Shown piece after piece: positions 25,516 through 36,330 of a stretch of DNA of 64,000 nucleotides. The DNA comes from Octopus bimaculoides (Eukaryota). The position numbers and the translations under genes are program-made. Location: positions 64,115,023-64,179,022 of the forward strand of contig NC_068990.1 in NCBI RefSeq assembly GCF_001194135.2. The letters run 5' to 3'. Numbering within the stretch: the first letter of the stretch is position 1; every line of letters begins with the position of its first letter. The notes beneath the pieces were generated by a model. The model saw only the letters and a program-made list of their open reading frames with translations. It was not told the DNA's origin and ran no database searches.

Positions 25516-26479
25516 TATGTATATAACATACACACACACCTACATATATATGAACACGGTCATCACACACTTATGCACACACACAAACGTGAATAAATAT
25601 ACTCAGCTTTTGCTGGGTACAATAATGTGAATGCTGAACGGTTAAAGATGAGCAGTGTTAAAAACACAGTATACATCAAAGCTAAGTGAAACAAAATCGC
25701 CGCAAAAGTGAACAAAGCCTCTCAACTGATACCAATATTTCACAGCTATTTCTGTTCATTCATGTCATGTACTCCTCCATTTCTGAAAGGAATTGCAACA
25801 GCCAGCCAGGAGTATGTATACAAATAGTGTGAAATCTATTTGCTGATGTGCTTCTAACACAAAGCAGAATTTTGCTTTACTTGCACAACATGAGACTGAT
25901 TTGTCAAGACTTATTCACTTCAAGGCAACAAATAGTTACAAGATATTCGCTGCAAATCCATATGTCTTTAAAAGTATTTTAAAGTTCACAAGACATTTTC
26001 CTCCAGTTAATGTATAGAAGATATTGTTCACCTTTAGATAAAGTTTACAATATATTTTTCTTTAGACTTGGCAACATAAATGAGTAACATGCCCTTCGTA
26101 AATTGTGTAAACTATTTCACACCACATAATAGAGATATTTGGCTACAAGAGACAATAATCTGCAAAGGAATAAACTCACCCAAACTAATATGAACTTGCC
26201 ATACTCTACATAAAGATGGAGTGAACACAAGAGATTCAATAACTTGTTAAAGGCTGGAGGTCGTTCTCATTGCATTTCATTTAGTTTTACTCAGTGATGC
26301 CATCCATCTATCTAATTCTCTCGCACCACAACTTCTTACCCAGCCATAATTCATTTATGTATTTATTTATAAATGTAGTCAAGCACAAACACTAATGCAC
26401 AGATGTGGTCACAATTATACAAATATGCACTCATAGTATCTGCTGAAGAACAAAGACACGCCATCACACATGTATACAC

Positions 26480-26802
26480 ATTCATGCATCTAGATATATA
26501 AACATTCATGCATACACACACATATGTATGTATGTATGTATGCGTGTATGTATATACACATACATGCACATATATATACATATGTATGTATATACATATA
26601 TATATATATATATGTATGCATGTATATACACATATATGCATATATATATATATCTGTATGTATGCATATGTGTATGTCTGTTTGTATGTTTGTATTTATG
26701 GATGTATGTATGTATATATGTATGTATGTATATGCATATATGTTTATGTATGTATATATATAAATATGTATATATGTATGTAATTCTATATATGAATGTA
26801 TG

Positions 26803-26836
<34 letters not shown>

Positions 26837-26875
26837 TTCATATGGGTGGAGAGAGAGAGAGAGAGAGAGAGAGAA
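26480..26875. repeat. Compound (TA)/(TATG)/(CA)/(GA) microsatellite field
   Basis: Direct inspection; source of the YI/CV-rich pseudo-ORFs. Confidence 0.95.
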
Positions 26876-27304
26876 CTTCACCCAGATTTCAAAATCAGTT
26901 TTGAATGGTTGATCATGCTTACATTTTCTTGTCATTTATATTTCTTTACAATTTAATCAGTTTAATCAAGGATTTGATTTTCATTTCTCATCCGTCTCCA
27001 TTTCTAATTCCTAGTCCCAATGTCTGAGTTATATCATATATTCCTTTATTTGTGTGTAACAAGGATGTGGGTATAAAGTTTTGTGTTTATGTGTGTATAT
27101 ATAGGCATACAAACACGCACAAATAGGCATGTAGTTACAGATATGCTATATATGTGCATGTGTGTGTACATGTGTATGTATGTATACACATGCCAAATAT
27201 TATACACACGCATAAATTATATATTATATATACACATACACACACACACATATATAAACACAAGAAGTATATATACACACATATAAACACATGAAGTATA
27301 CATA

Positions 27305-27340
<36 letters not shown>

Positions 27341-27687
27341 GCNNNNNNNNNNNNNNNNNNNNNNNNNNNNNNNNNNNNNNNNNNNNNNNNNNNNNNNNNN
27401 NNNNNNNNNNNNNNNNNNNNNNNNNNNNNNNNNNNNNNNNNNNNNNNNNNNNNNNNNNNNNNNNNNNNNNNNNNNNNNNNNNNNNNNNNNNNNNNNNNNN
27501 NNNNNNNNNNNCTTAACAACTGATGTTGGCATGTCACATCCCCATAACTTAGTGGTTCAGCAAAAGAAACCAATAGAGTAAGTACTAGGCTTACAAAGAA
27601 TAAGTCCTGGGGTCGATTTGTTCAACTAAAGGCAGTGCTCCAGCATGGCCGCAATCAAATGACAAATAAATAAAAGAATAACAAAAA

Positions 27688-28965
27688 ACTAAAAGTAGTT
27701 GATAGCTTCCATTGCCTAGGGGACCAAGTCAGTAGCAGGGGTGGTTGCTCTGAAAGTGTAGCTGCTAGAATAAGAATAGCCTGGGCAAAGTTCAGAGAGC
27801 TCTTACCTCTGCTGGTGACAAAGGCCTCTCGCTCAGAGTAAAAGTTAGACTGCATGATGCATGTTTACAAACAGCCATGCTACATGGCAGTGAAACATGG
27901 GCCATGGCTGCTGAGGATATGTGTAAGCTTGCAAGGAATGAAACCAGTATGCTCCGCTGGATGTGTAATGTCCGTGTGCATACACGATTGAGTGTAAGTA
28001 CCCTGAAAGAAAAGTTGGATTTAAGAAGCATCAGATGTTGTGTGCAAGAGAGATGACTGTGCTGGTATGGTCATGTGTTGCGAATGAATGAGGACAGTTA
28101 TGTGAAAAAGTGTCACACCCAAGCAGTTGAGGAAACCTGTGGAAGAGATAGACCCAGGAAAACCTGGGATGAGATGGTGAAGCATAACCTTCGAACATTG
28201 GGCCTCACCGAGGCAATGACTAGTGAGCAAGACCTTTGGAGATATACTGTGCTTGAGAAGACTCAACAAGCCAAGTGAGACCATAGCCCATGGCCTATGC
28301 CAGTGTAACCAGCCCACTTATGAGTACTCCTCATACACTGGACAATAAACTTTGCTTGCAAAGACCTATTGATGTAAGTGAAATCAAAATCGCTGACGTG
28401 GCCAATGACAGTACTGCCTGATTGGCACTCATGTCAGTAGAGCGTTAAAAGCACATCCGAACATGGGGTGTAACCAGCCCGCTTATGTGTACCCCTCATT
28501 CATTGGACAATAAACTTTGCTTGCAAAGACCTATTGAGACAAGGAAATCAAATCAAAATCGCTGACGTGGCTGATGACAGTACCTCCTGGTTGGCACTCA
28601 TGCCAGTAGAACATTAAAAGCACATCCGAGTGTCATCGTTGTCAGGGCTCTGGATTGGCTCGAGCATGGTCATTGCCAGTGCCGCTGGACAGGCTTCCAT
28701 GCAGGTAGCACATAAAAAAACCCTTTTGAGCATGGTCATTGCCAGAACCACCCAACTGGCCCTTGTGCCAGTGGCACGTAAAAGCACCCACTACACTCTC
28801 AGAATGGTTGGTGTTAGGAAAGGCATCCAGCTGTAGAAACTTTGCCAGATCAGATAGAGCCTGTTGTAGCCTTCTGGCTCACCAGTTCTTAATCAAACCA
28901 TCCAACCCATGCTAGCATGGAAAGCAGTCATTAAACGACGACGATGATGGTGATGATGATGATGA

Positions 28966-28970
<5 letters not shown>
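27688..28970 (+). mobile_element. 5'-truncated RTE-clade LINE with long modular 3'UTR
   Basis: Degenerate ORF ...RIRIAWAKFRELLPLL...MLHGSETW...MLRWMCNV...WYGHVLRMNEDSYVKKC...GRDRPRKTWDEMVKHNL...DLWR (RTE C-terminus), then a tandemly repeated UTR and (ATG)n tail. Confidence 0.9.
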
Positions 28971-29012
<42 letters not shown>

Positions 29013-29845
29013 CACGAGGTGTGATTGGTAAATTCTCACCATTTTCTATTTCTAATTTCGTGCATGCGCATTGTTTTTGATTTTGTCAACTAATTAGTAT
29101 AGTAGGCTTAGTTGGACACCCTCTGTATGGAAAGCAGCACCATGACACAATTCAGTCTACCAGAAATTTCGAAATGACATGTTATACCTCTTGGAATTTG
29201 CACCGGAAGCTCTAATACAAACATTTCAGAGTAGTTGGGTGTCAATCTGAGGACATGTACCAAGCGTGATAAAGATCAAGCATCCAGTCAACATCATGGT
29301 GTTTGGAGTGATCACTAGTGATGGAGACATTATGCCTCCATTCATCTTCCCACACAGCCTCATACTCAACACAGAGGCCTACATCAAGTGTCTGGTTGAG
29401 GTAGTGCTGCCATGGGTCAAGAGGGTGGCTGCTGGAAGGCTCTATGTCTGGTAACAAGAGAACCTAGTTATAGCTCTCAGACAATTTTCGTGACCACACT
29501 ACCCCTAACATCTATCCACCTTGCACCCCAGACTTCAACCCTCTTCATTATTATGTGTGGAGCACAGTTGAGTGAAAGACCAACAAAACTCCTTGTAACA
29601 CCAAAGATGAACTGAAGGCAAGGGTTATGGCAGCATTCACCAACTTAAACAAGAAGAGTTGCATGGAATTCCAAAGTCGTCTGGAAGCTGTGGTTGAAGC
29701 CAATGGTGATTTTATTGAATAAATTTACTTTTTAGTATTTCAAGATATTTTTATGCAATTTTGATAAAAATATCTGTTAAAATGGGATGTCAGTGTTATT
29801 TTCATTTTTGCATAATTTAGACGACAATTTATTCAGTGCACCCTG
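29013..29845 (+). mobile_element. Internally deleted maT/DD37D (Tc1/mariner) transposon
   Basis: KHPVNIMVFGVITSDGDIMPPFIF...YIKCLVEVVLPWV...YVW, then PDFNPLHYYVW. Right end tgcaccctg|ta. Confidence 0.85.
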
Positions 29846-29984
29846 TATTTGTATGGTTTATCATAGGTCACTAAACCAGCTCTCCTAACCAAGCAAATGT
29901 GCTGAGGAGGGTTGATAGAAATGCAGCAGGAGAAAAAACATTTCCTGTCAAAAAGACACATGAAACTATTATAGGGTCAACAAT

Positions 29985-30354
29985 TATCTACGACCACATT
30001 ACCCCTAACATTTGGCCACCTAACTCCCCAGACTGCAACCCACTTCATTATTGTGTGTGGGGCACAGTTGAGCGAAAGACCAACAAAACTCCTTGTAACA
30101 CCAAAGATGAACTGAAGAGGATTACGGTAGCATTCACCAACTTAAACAAGGAAACCGTCCAGAAGAGATGCAGGAGATTCCAAAGTCATCTGGAGGCCAT
30201 GGTTGGAGTCACTGGTGATTTTATTGAATAAATTTACACTTTAGTATTTCAAAATATTTTTATGTAATTTTGGTAAATATATCTGTTAAAATGAGATGTC
30301 TGTGTTATTTTCATTTTTGTGTAATTTAGGCGACAGTTTATTCACTGCACCCTG
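29985..30354 (+). mobile_element. maT/DD37D transposon 3' half (second copy)
   Basis: WPPNSPDCNPLHYCVWGTVERKTNK...ELK...FQSHLEAMV...GDFIE* and the same right TIR as the adjacent copy. Confidence 0.85.
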
Positions 30355-30486
30355 TATATATGCATACATATATGTATGTTCATACACATATATACATACA
30401 CATAACTAAATACATGCATACATATACAGATTATGTGTGTATTGTATATACACATATACATACATATATATATATACACACATGAA

Positions 30487-30541
<55 letters not shown>

Positions 30542-30693
30542 CATTATTGTCTAGTTTTTCCTTTTTACATTTTGTGTTTACAAATATATGTATGTTTCTG
30601 ATCTGTCTGTCTATCTATCTATCTATCTAACCATCTATTCATCTATCAGTCTTACTCTCTCTCTCTCTCTCTCTCTNNNNNNNNNNNNNNNNN

Positions 30694-30733
<40 letters not shown>

Positions 30734-30906
30734 TTTCAGAGTTGCATACATGGTTATAGGTTGCCATATTTACATATAGCATTTCAGTTTTCTTTTTTAT
30801 TTTTTATTTCAAACTGTTTTATAAAAACAACAAAATCATAACTTTAGCTTTAGAAAATTTTATTAAATAAAAATGAAAATTTCCAATTTGTATTTTTATT
30901 TTTTGT

Positions 30907-30940
<34 letters not shown>

Positions 30941-31477
30941 TTTTATAAATTTCTGACCTAAATTAAGCAAGCTTAATGATGAATTGAAAACATAACAATT
31001 TTGTATAAAATAAACAGAGAAGAATTGTTGAATTGTCAGAATTTTCTCTGTAACGAATGCTATGTTGCGATAATTGTTATAAAATTTCAACTTTGTTAAA
31101 TAAATGTACATACATACATGCAATTTATTCAATATAGATAAAAGAACTGAAAAATGAATATTTTGTTTTTACTTCTGCTTAAGCTGATCCAGACCTCATG
31201 TCTCTACTTTAGTTAGAAGCTATTTTCTCAGATGATTCATTGTTATCAGTATATAAAAGTCAAGTACATATGCTGGCTGCACTCTCTTCTCAAAATAAAC
31301 GAATCTTAGAATTGTGAGGAAACACTTTGTTACCAAAAAGGACAAACTGTGTGGGCTTTCTTTTTTGTTGTTACGCATGCTTTTATACAGTGCTAGAATA
31401 TTTTCAAAGAGTGTTTTTGCTTTACTTTTTCCTACATTGTACACTTCCCATCGTGTGCATTGTACACCTCCTGTAGT

Positions 31478-31800
31478 GAAGGCACATGGCTTGGTGGTTA
31501 GAATGTTGGGCTCACAATCATGAGGTAGTAGGTTCAATTCCTGGACTGGGCTGTGTTGTGTCTTTGAGCAAGACACTTCATTTCACGTTGTTCCTGTTCA
31601 CTCAGCTGTAGAAATGAGTTGTGACATCACTGATGCCAAATTGTATCAGCCTTTGCCTTTCCCTTGGATAACATCGGTGGCATGAAGTAGAGTCAACTGC
31701 TGGTCTTCCATAAACAACCTTGCCCAGACTTGTGCCTCAGAGGGGAACTTTTAAAGTGCAATCCCATGGTTATTCATGGCCACAGGGAATCTTTACCCTT
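31478..31800 (+). mobile_element. tRNA-SINE family C
   Basis: gaaggcacatggcttggtggttag...gttcaattcc...gagcaagacac...tcactcagctgtagaaatgagttg...ctttaccctt. Sisters at 49903-50242, 53790-54110 and 60900-61030 (-). Confidence 0.82.
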
Positions 31801-31869
31801 ACACTTCTCGCTCTCAATGAATCTCAATATATATCTTTCTCAACCTTTATTCTTCAACCTACATATAAG

Positions 31870-32050
31870 TGCAGGTGTGGCTGCATGGTAAGAGTCTTGT
31901 TTCCCAACCACATGGTTTTAGGTTCAGTCCCATTGTGTGGAACCTTGTGTGGCACATTGTATGACAAGTGTCTTCTACTATAGCCTCAGCCTGACCAAAG
32001 CCTTGTGAGTGGATTTGGTAAACAGAAACTGAAAGAAGTCTGTTGAATAT
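31870..32050 (+). mobile_element. SINE family D 5' half
   Basis: gcaggtgtggctgcatggtaag...ggttcagtccc...aagtgtcttctactatagcctc...gaaactgaaagaag. Confidence 0.8.
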
Positions 32051-32324
32051 GTATACATGTGCGTGTATTAGCTTATGTGTGTATGTGTGTGTGCATGAGT
32101 GTGTGTGCATGCATGTGCGTTCGTGTGTGTGTGTGTGTGTGTTTGTATATAGGGTGATATAATCAACTAAACTGATCCACTGCACTAGATGTGTAGCTTT
32201 TGTTCATTCAAACTGAACACCATTGAATAGCTTACATTTCTGCTTACTAATTGCTTTATATAAAAATCAACTAGTCTACATGCTTGTCCAATAAACAAGA
32301 AAAAAGATTGATTCTTTTTCTACT

Positions 32325-32522
32325 CTATGCACAAGGTCCAAAATTTTGGGGGAGGGGGCCAGTCGATTAGATCAACCCCAGTACACAACTGGTACTTAAT
32401 TTATCAACCCTAAAAGAATGACAGGCAAAGTCAACGTTAGCGGAATTTGAACTCAGAATATAGAGTCAAACGAAATACTGCTAAACATTTCACCCGATAT
32501 GCTAACGTTTCTGCCAGTTTGC
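32325..32522 (-). mobile_element. SINE family A
   Basis: Reverse complement of family A. Confidence 0.8.
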
Positions 32523-32769
32523 GTATATGTGAACATGTGGATGTGCGGGTGTATATAGAACAGAGAGAGAGAGAGAGGGATGGAAAGAATAATTATGAAT
32601 TTTTCTTGTTAATGCAAGAATCCATTAAAAAAGTATAAGAACACTTTCAAAGAAATGAAGTTGCTTAATATGTGCATGACACTGTGTGCAATTTTTACCA
32701 AAGATCTTGTGTCATCACACGTTTGTCTAAAAAAGGCATGATGACATAAATCTTCAAATAGCAATGTTC

Positions 32770-32857
32770 ACACTTCACTTACTTATATATAGACATTTGT
32801 TCATACACACACACACACACACATTCACAAATATATGCACACACAGATACATATGTA

Positions 32858-32907
<50 letters not shown>

Positions 32908-33017
32908 CATACATACATACAATAGATAGATACATACATACACACAAGCATATGGAAGTATATATATGCACACACACACACACATATATAGATATAGATA
33001 TGTATGTAAATATACAA

Positions 33018-33059
<42 letters not shown>

Positions 33060-33110
33060 TTATATATGGATATGTGTGTGTATATATATGTGTGTATACA
33101 CACATGCATA

Positions 33111-33141
<31 letters not shown>

Positions 33142-33170
33142 GAATGTATGTATGTGTGTATGTATGTATG
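32770..33170. repeat. Compound TA/CA/TG microsatellite field
   Basis: Direct inspection. Confidence 0.95.
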
Positions 33171-33334
33171 TAGTAAAAGAAAGGAAGTAATAATGATTAG
33201 ATAAAAAAAAATGCGAAGCAGAAAGGCCAATTTTCAGTTGCAGAAAAAGTTAATAATGCTTCCAAATTTTAAGTGAAATATAACATGTATTTGAAGTTGT
33301 TACCAAACTGTTACAACATAATTGCTATCTGTAG

Positions 33335-33474
33335 GAGGGGCAGCACTTGATTTGAACACTGTTGAACCTAAACCCAAGAAATGGATTTCTGATATGACCT
33401 GGCTCAATCTAGTAGAGCTGAAGAAATTGCCACAGTTTAATTTAATTCTCTCACAAGTCAATGGAAATGACAAG
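33335..33474 (+). CDS. DNAH5/DNAH8: Dynein heavy chain exon 2 in window
   Basis: ctgtag acceptor, AAG|gtaata donor. Phase matches exon 1 (G+GA=Gly). Encodes [34 protein letters not shown]...NDK, directly continuing FIKG|GAALDL. Confidence 0.95.
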
Positions 33475-34307
33475 GTAATAAATTATTTTTTTCCTTTTCT
33501 GTTGAGATAGGAGTGGGGGTAGTGGGCTAAGAGCTTTCTGATGCAATATTTTTGGTCTTTTGGTTATGAATAACAATCAATGAGCATTTCTGTGGTATTT
33601 GCTTATGAGTTCAAACCCTCCTAATGTCTGCTTTACTCTTCATCCTACTGGAACTGATAAAATAAATAAGTGCTTGTCAAATGCTTTGACTGGCTTAATT
33701 GACATTCCAACCCTAGTTTATCGCTCTTTGCTTATGAATTTGAAAACTCAGTTAATATGTAATTGGTCAACATTTTGTTAACTGTCACTGAACTATAACT
33801 TGTGGCCTTAGAGATAAATCACTTGGTCTCTCTCTAAACAGGTACCACAGAGTAGCAGCAAAGTTACCCACTGTAAGCAGTGGTAATATTTTAAAAGTGG
33901 TAACTGTTTCCTTTACACAAAACACTACAGGACGAAGGAAGATGTCCAGTGACCCACAGATTTCTGCAAAAACTTATGACACAAGAAGTTATGTGTTGTA
34001 TAGTACCATAGTGTATAGTACATTGGAAGGACATATCTTCTATAAATGGCTTAGTCAGAAGAGACAGTGCACTTCTGATTACCTTTTCTTGGAGGCTTCT
34101 AAGATTTGTAAGAGGATTAATGGGGTAACTGTCACTCATGGATAGTATCAGATTGAAAACCTTAACCAAATGCTTGCAATAGAGTGGACTCTACTAAAGG
34201 TACCCAAGGCTTAAGTGGTGCATTCATCCAGCTGATGGGTTAAGTCTACCATCCAAGAACAAATCCATTCATCAAATGGGCTTCTGTACATTTTCTGCCT
34301 AATCTAT

Positions 34308-34660
34308 AGGCTGTGTGATAAGAAACTTGCTCCTCAACTACATGGTAGTGGGTTCAGTTCTATTGCATGGCACCTTATGGAAGTGTCTTCTACTGTAGCC
34401 TCAGAGCAACCAAAGCTTTGTGAATGGATTCAGTATACTGAAACTGAAAGAAGCCCATTGTTTGTGAGTGTGTGCCTGCATTTGTCCCCCAAACACCACT
34501 TGGTGTGTTTATGTCCTTGTACCTTTGAGGTTCAGCAAAAGAGATCAATAGAATAAGTACCAGTCTTAAAAAATAGTTTGTCTAAAATTTCTTCAAGGCA
34601 GTGCCCCAGCATGGCCACTGTCTAGTAACTGAAACAAGTACAAGATAAAAGATAAAAGGT
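34308..34660 (+). mobile_element. SINE family D (near full length)
   Basis: Complete head-to-tail match to other family D copies. Confidence 0.82.
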
Positions 34661-35528
34661 CCAACTTCTATCAAAAGGCTTCAGTTGATCTGAAGATGTG
34701 ATACAGTGGTTTGAAACATAGAACCACATGACTATGCCATCTATGTCTATGCCGTGTCTCAATGGAATTAATGAATTAAAGAATCTGTTCAAAAATGATA
34801 AGAATTGGTAGATGTGATGTCTTCAGTAGCATTAATCCAATGTATGCATCTATTTGGGTAGTACACACTCTACCACAAGTACATCTCCCAGAAAAAACAT
34901 GATACTTGTTATTATAGTGAGGTAAACTGATGCACATTAAATTATAAGTATGTCTCTCCCTTTATATGCCATACTTACAGCTGTTGGTGATTATAGACTT
35001 CCATACAAAAGTCTGAAAATTCATGCATTTTCTTGGGAAAGATACAAAAATAACTTCAGATCTTCTGCTGGCTTAATGACAGTTTGCTCTGTAAGTCTCC
35101 TTCTCCCTCTCCAACTTAACCTTGAGACCTATATAGCCCATAGGAGAGAGACTTAGGTATTCCTTACAAAGAGGGACTGGTTAGCATGATATTAGAGGAT
35201 GTCCACACATCAGCTTATGTGACACATATCTAAGAGGCCAGCCTTCATCTGAGTCCTTGTGTGCCTTAGTCATAGGACCACCTTCAGCAATTTGACCCAT
35301 AACTGGGGACCTTGCTAAGTATTGTCACTCCAGACCAGAATAGACTGAGTAGCTGTAGGGACTAGGGGCTATGCCCATACTTTTAAATTCCTGAGCTGTA
35401 GCCTCACCATTGAATGCAGTTTAATGTCTTTTCCATAAAAATTGTGGATATTTCCTGGAAATACATATACAGATACATCATTGTTATAGCTTACTTTTGA
35501 AAAAAAACATCTTTGTTTTATTTTTAAG

Positions 35529-35696
35529 GCATGGAAATCATGGTTTGATGAAGAGATCCCTGAAGAAGCACCTATACCTGATGGCTACAATAATACTCTC
35601 AGCTCTTGGCACAAACTGTTATTGGTAAGAGCATGGTGCCCTGACAGAGCCATACCAATGGCTCGAATCTATGTAGCTGAAGCCATGGGATCACAG
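35529..35696 (+). CDS. DNAH5/DNAH8: Dynein heavy chain exon 3 in window (absent from ORF track)
   Basis: ttttaag acceptor, CAG|gtaaaa donor, 168 nt, phase 0/0. Manual translation: AWKSWFDEEIPEEAPIPDGYNNTLSSWHKLLLVRAWCPDRAIPMARIYVAEAMGSQ. Confidence 0.93.
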
Positions 35697-36043
35697 GTAA
35701 AAATATCATTTCAAGGATCATTTTCTTTTCTTAAACAGATTGCTATTGAGAAGAATTTCTTTTACTACTAATTTTTTTCTCTTCTTTTTAAATTTTTCAT
35801 AATTGCCTTTGAGTAAAAACATATTTATGCATGGTTTTGTGTCATAGACCCACAATAAGTAAAAGCTTAAGAAAATATTGAAGGAAACAGCAGATTTGGA
35901 ATTACTATTTTAAGAAAATAGTAGCCTAACATGGCCACTTGGTTATTTAGTTGATTAGTACCAGAATTGTACATCAACCTTTCTTACCGTCATCAATGAG
36001 CAGACTAATTATTTTTGCATTAATTTGTTTTATTTCCTTGTAG

Positions 36044-36179
36044 TATGCTGAAGGGGTCATTCTTAACCTTGAGACAATGAGTGAAGAATCTGACTGCCAT
36101 TGTCCAATGATATGTTTCCTATCAATGGGATCAGACCCAACCGAAAACATCATGAGACTTGCAAAAAAAAGAAACATTA
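36044..36179 (+). CDS. DNAH5/DNAH8: Dynein heavy chain exon 4 in window
   Basis: ttccttgtag acceptor, A|gtatgt donor. Encodes [45 protein letters not shown] (AAA6 start, LSMGSDPT motif). Confidence 0.94.
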
Positions 36180-36330
36180 GTATGTATGATTTTTTTTTTT
36201 GTTTTTCATCTAGAATGCTAGAGATAAAAATTAAAATATTGATAGGAATGTGGTACTGGTAGTAGTAGTTGTTGGTGGTGGTGGCGGTGGTGGCGGCGGC
36301 GGCGTGGGGGTGTTGTTGTTGTTGTTGTTT

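Noticed and set aside
25640-26340. Non-repetitive-looking intronic block, possible nested exon or hAT relic
   Set aside because: Stops in the frames inspected and no motif I can recognise. A tBLASTx/HMM search would be needed.
26363-27581. Clusters of YI/CV/HT-rich ORFs (also 32775-33190, 43257-44792, 47886-48341)
   Set aside because: Translations of dinucleotide and tetranucleotide microsatellites.
31220-31576. 118-aa minus-strand ORF as a possible nested gene
   Set aside because: It starts within a family C SINE and has no recognisable domain or splice support.
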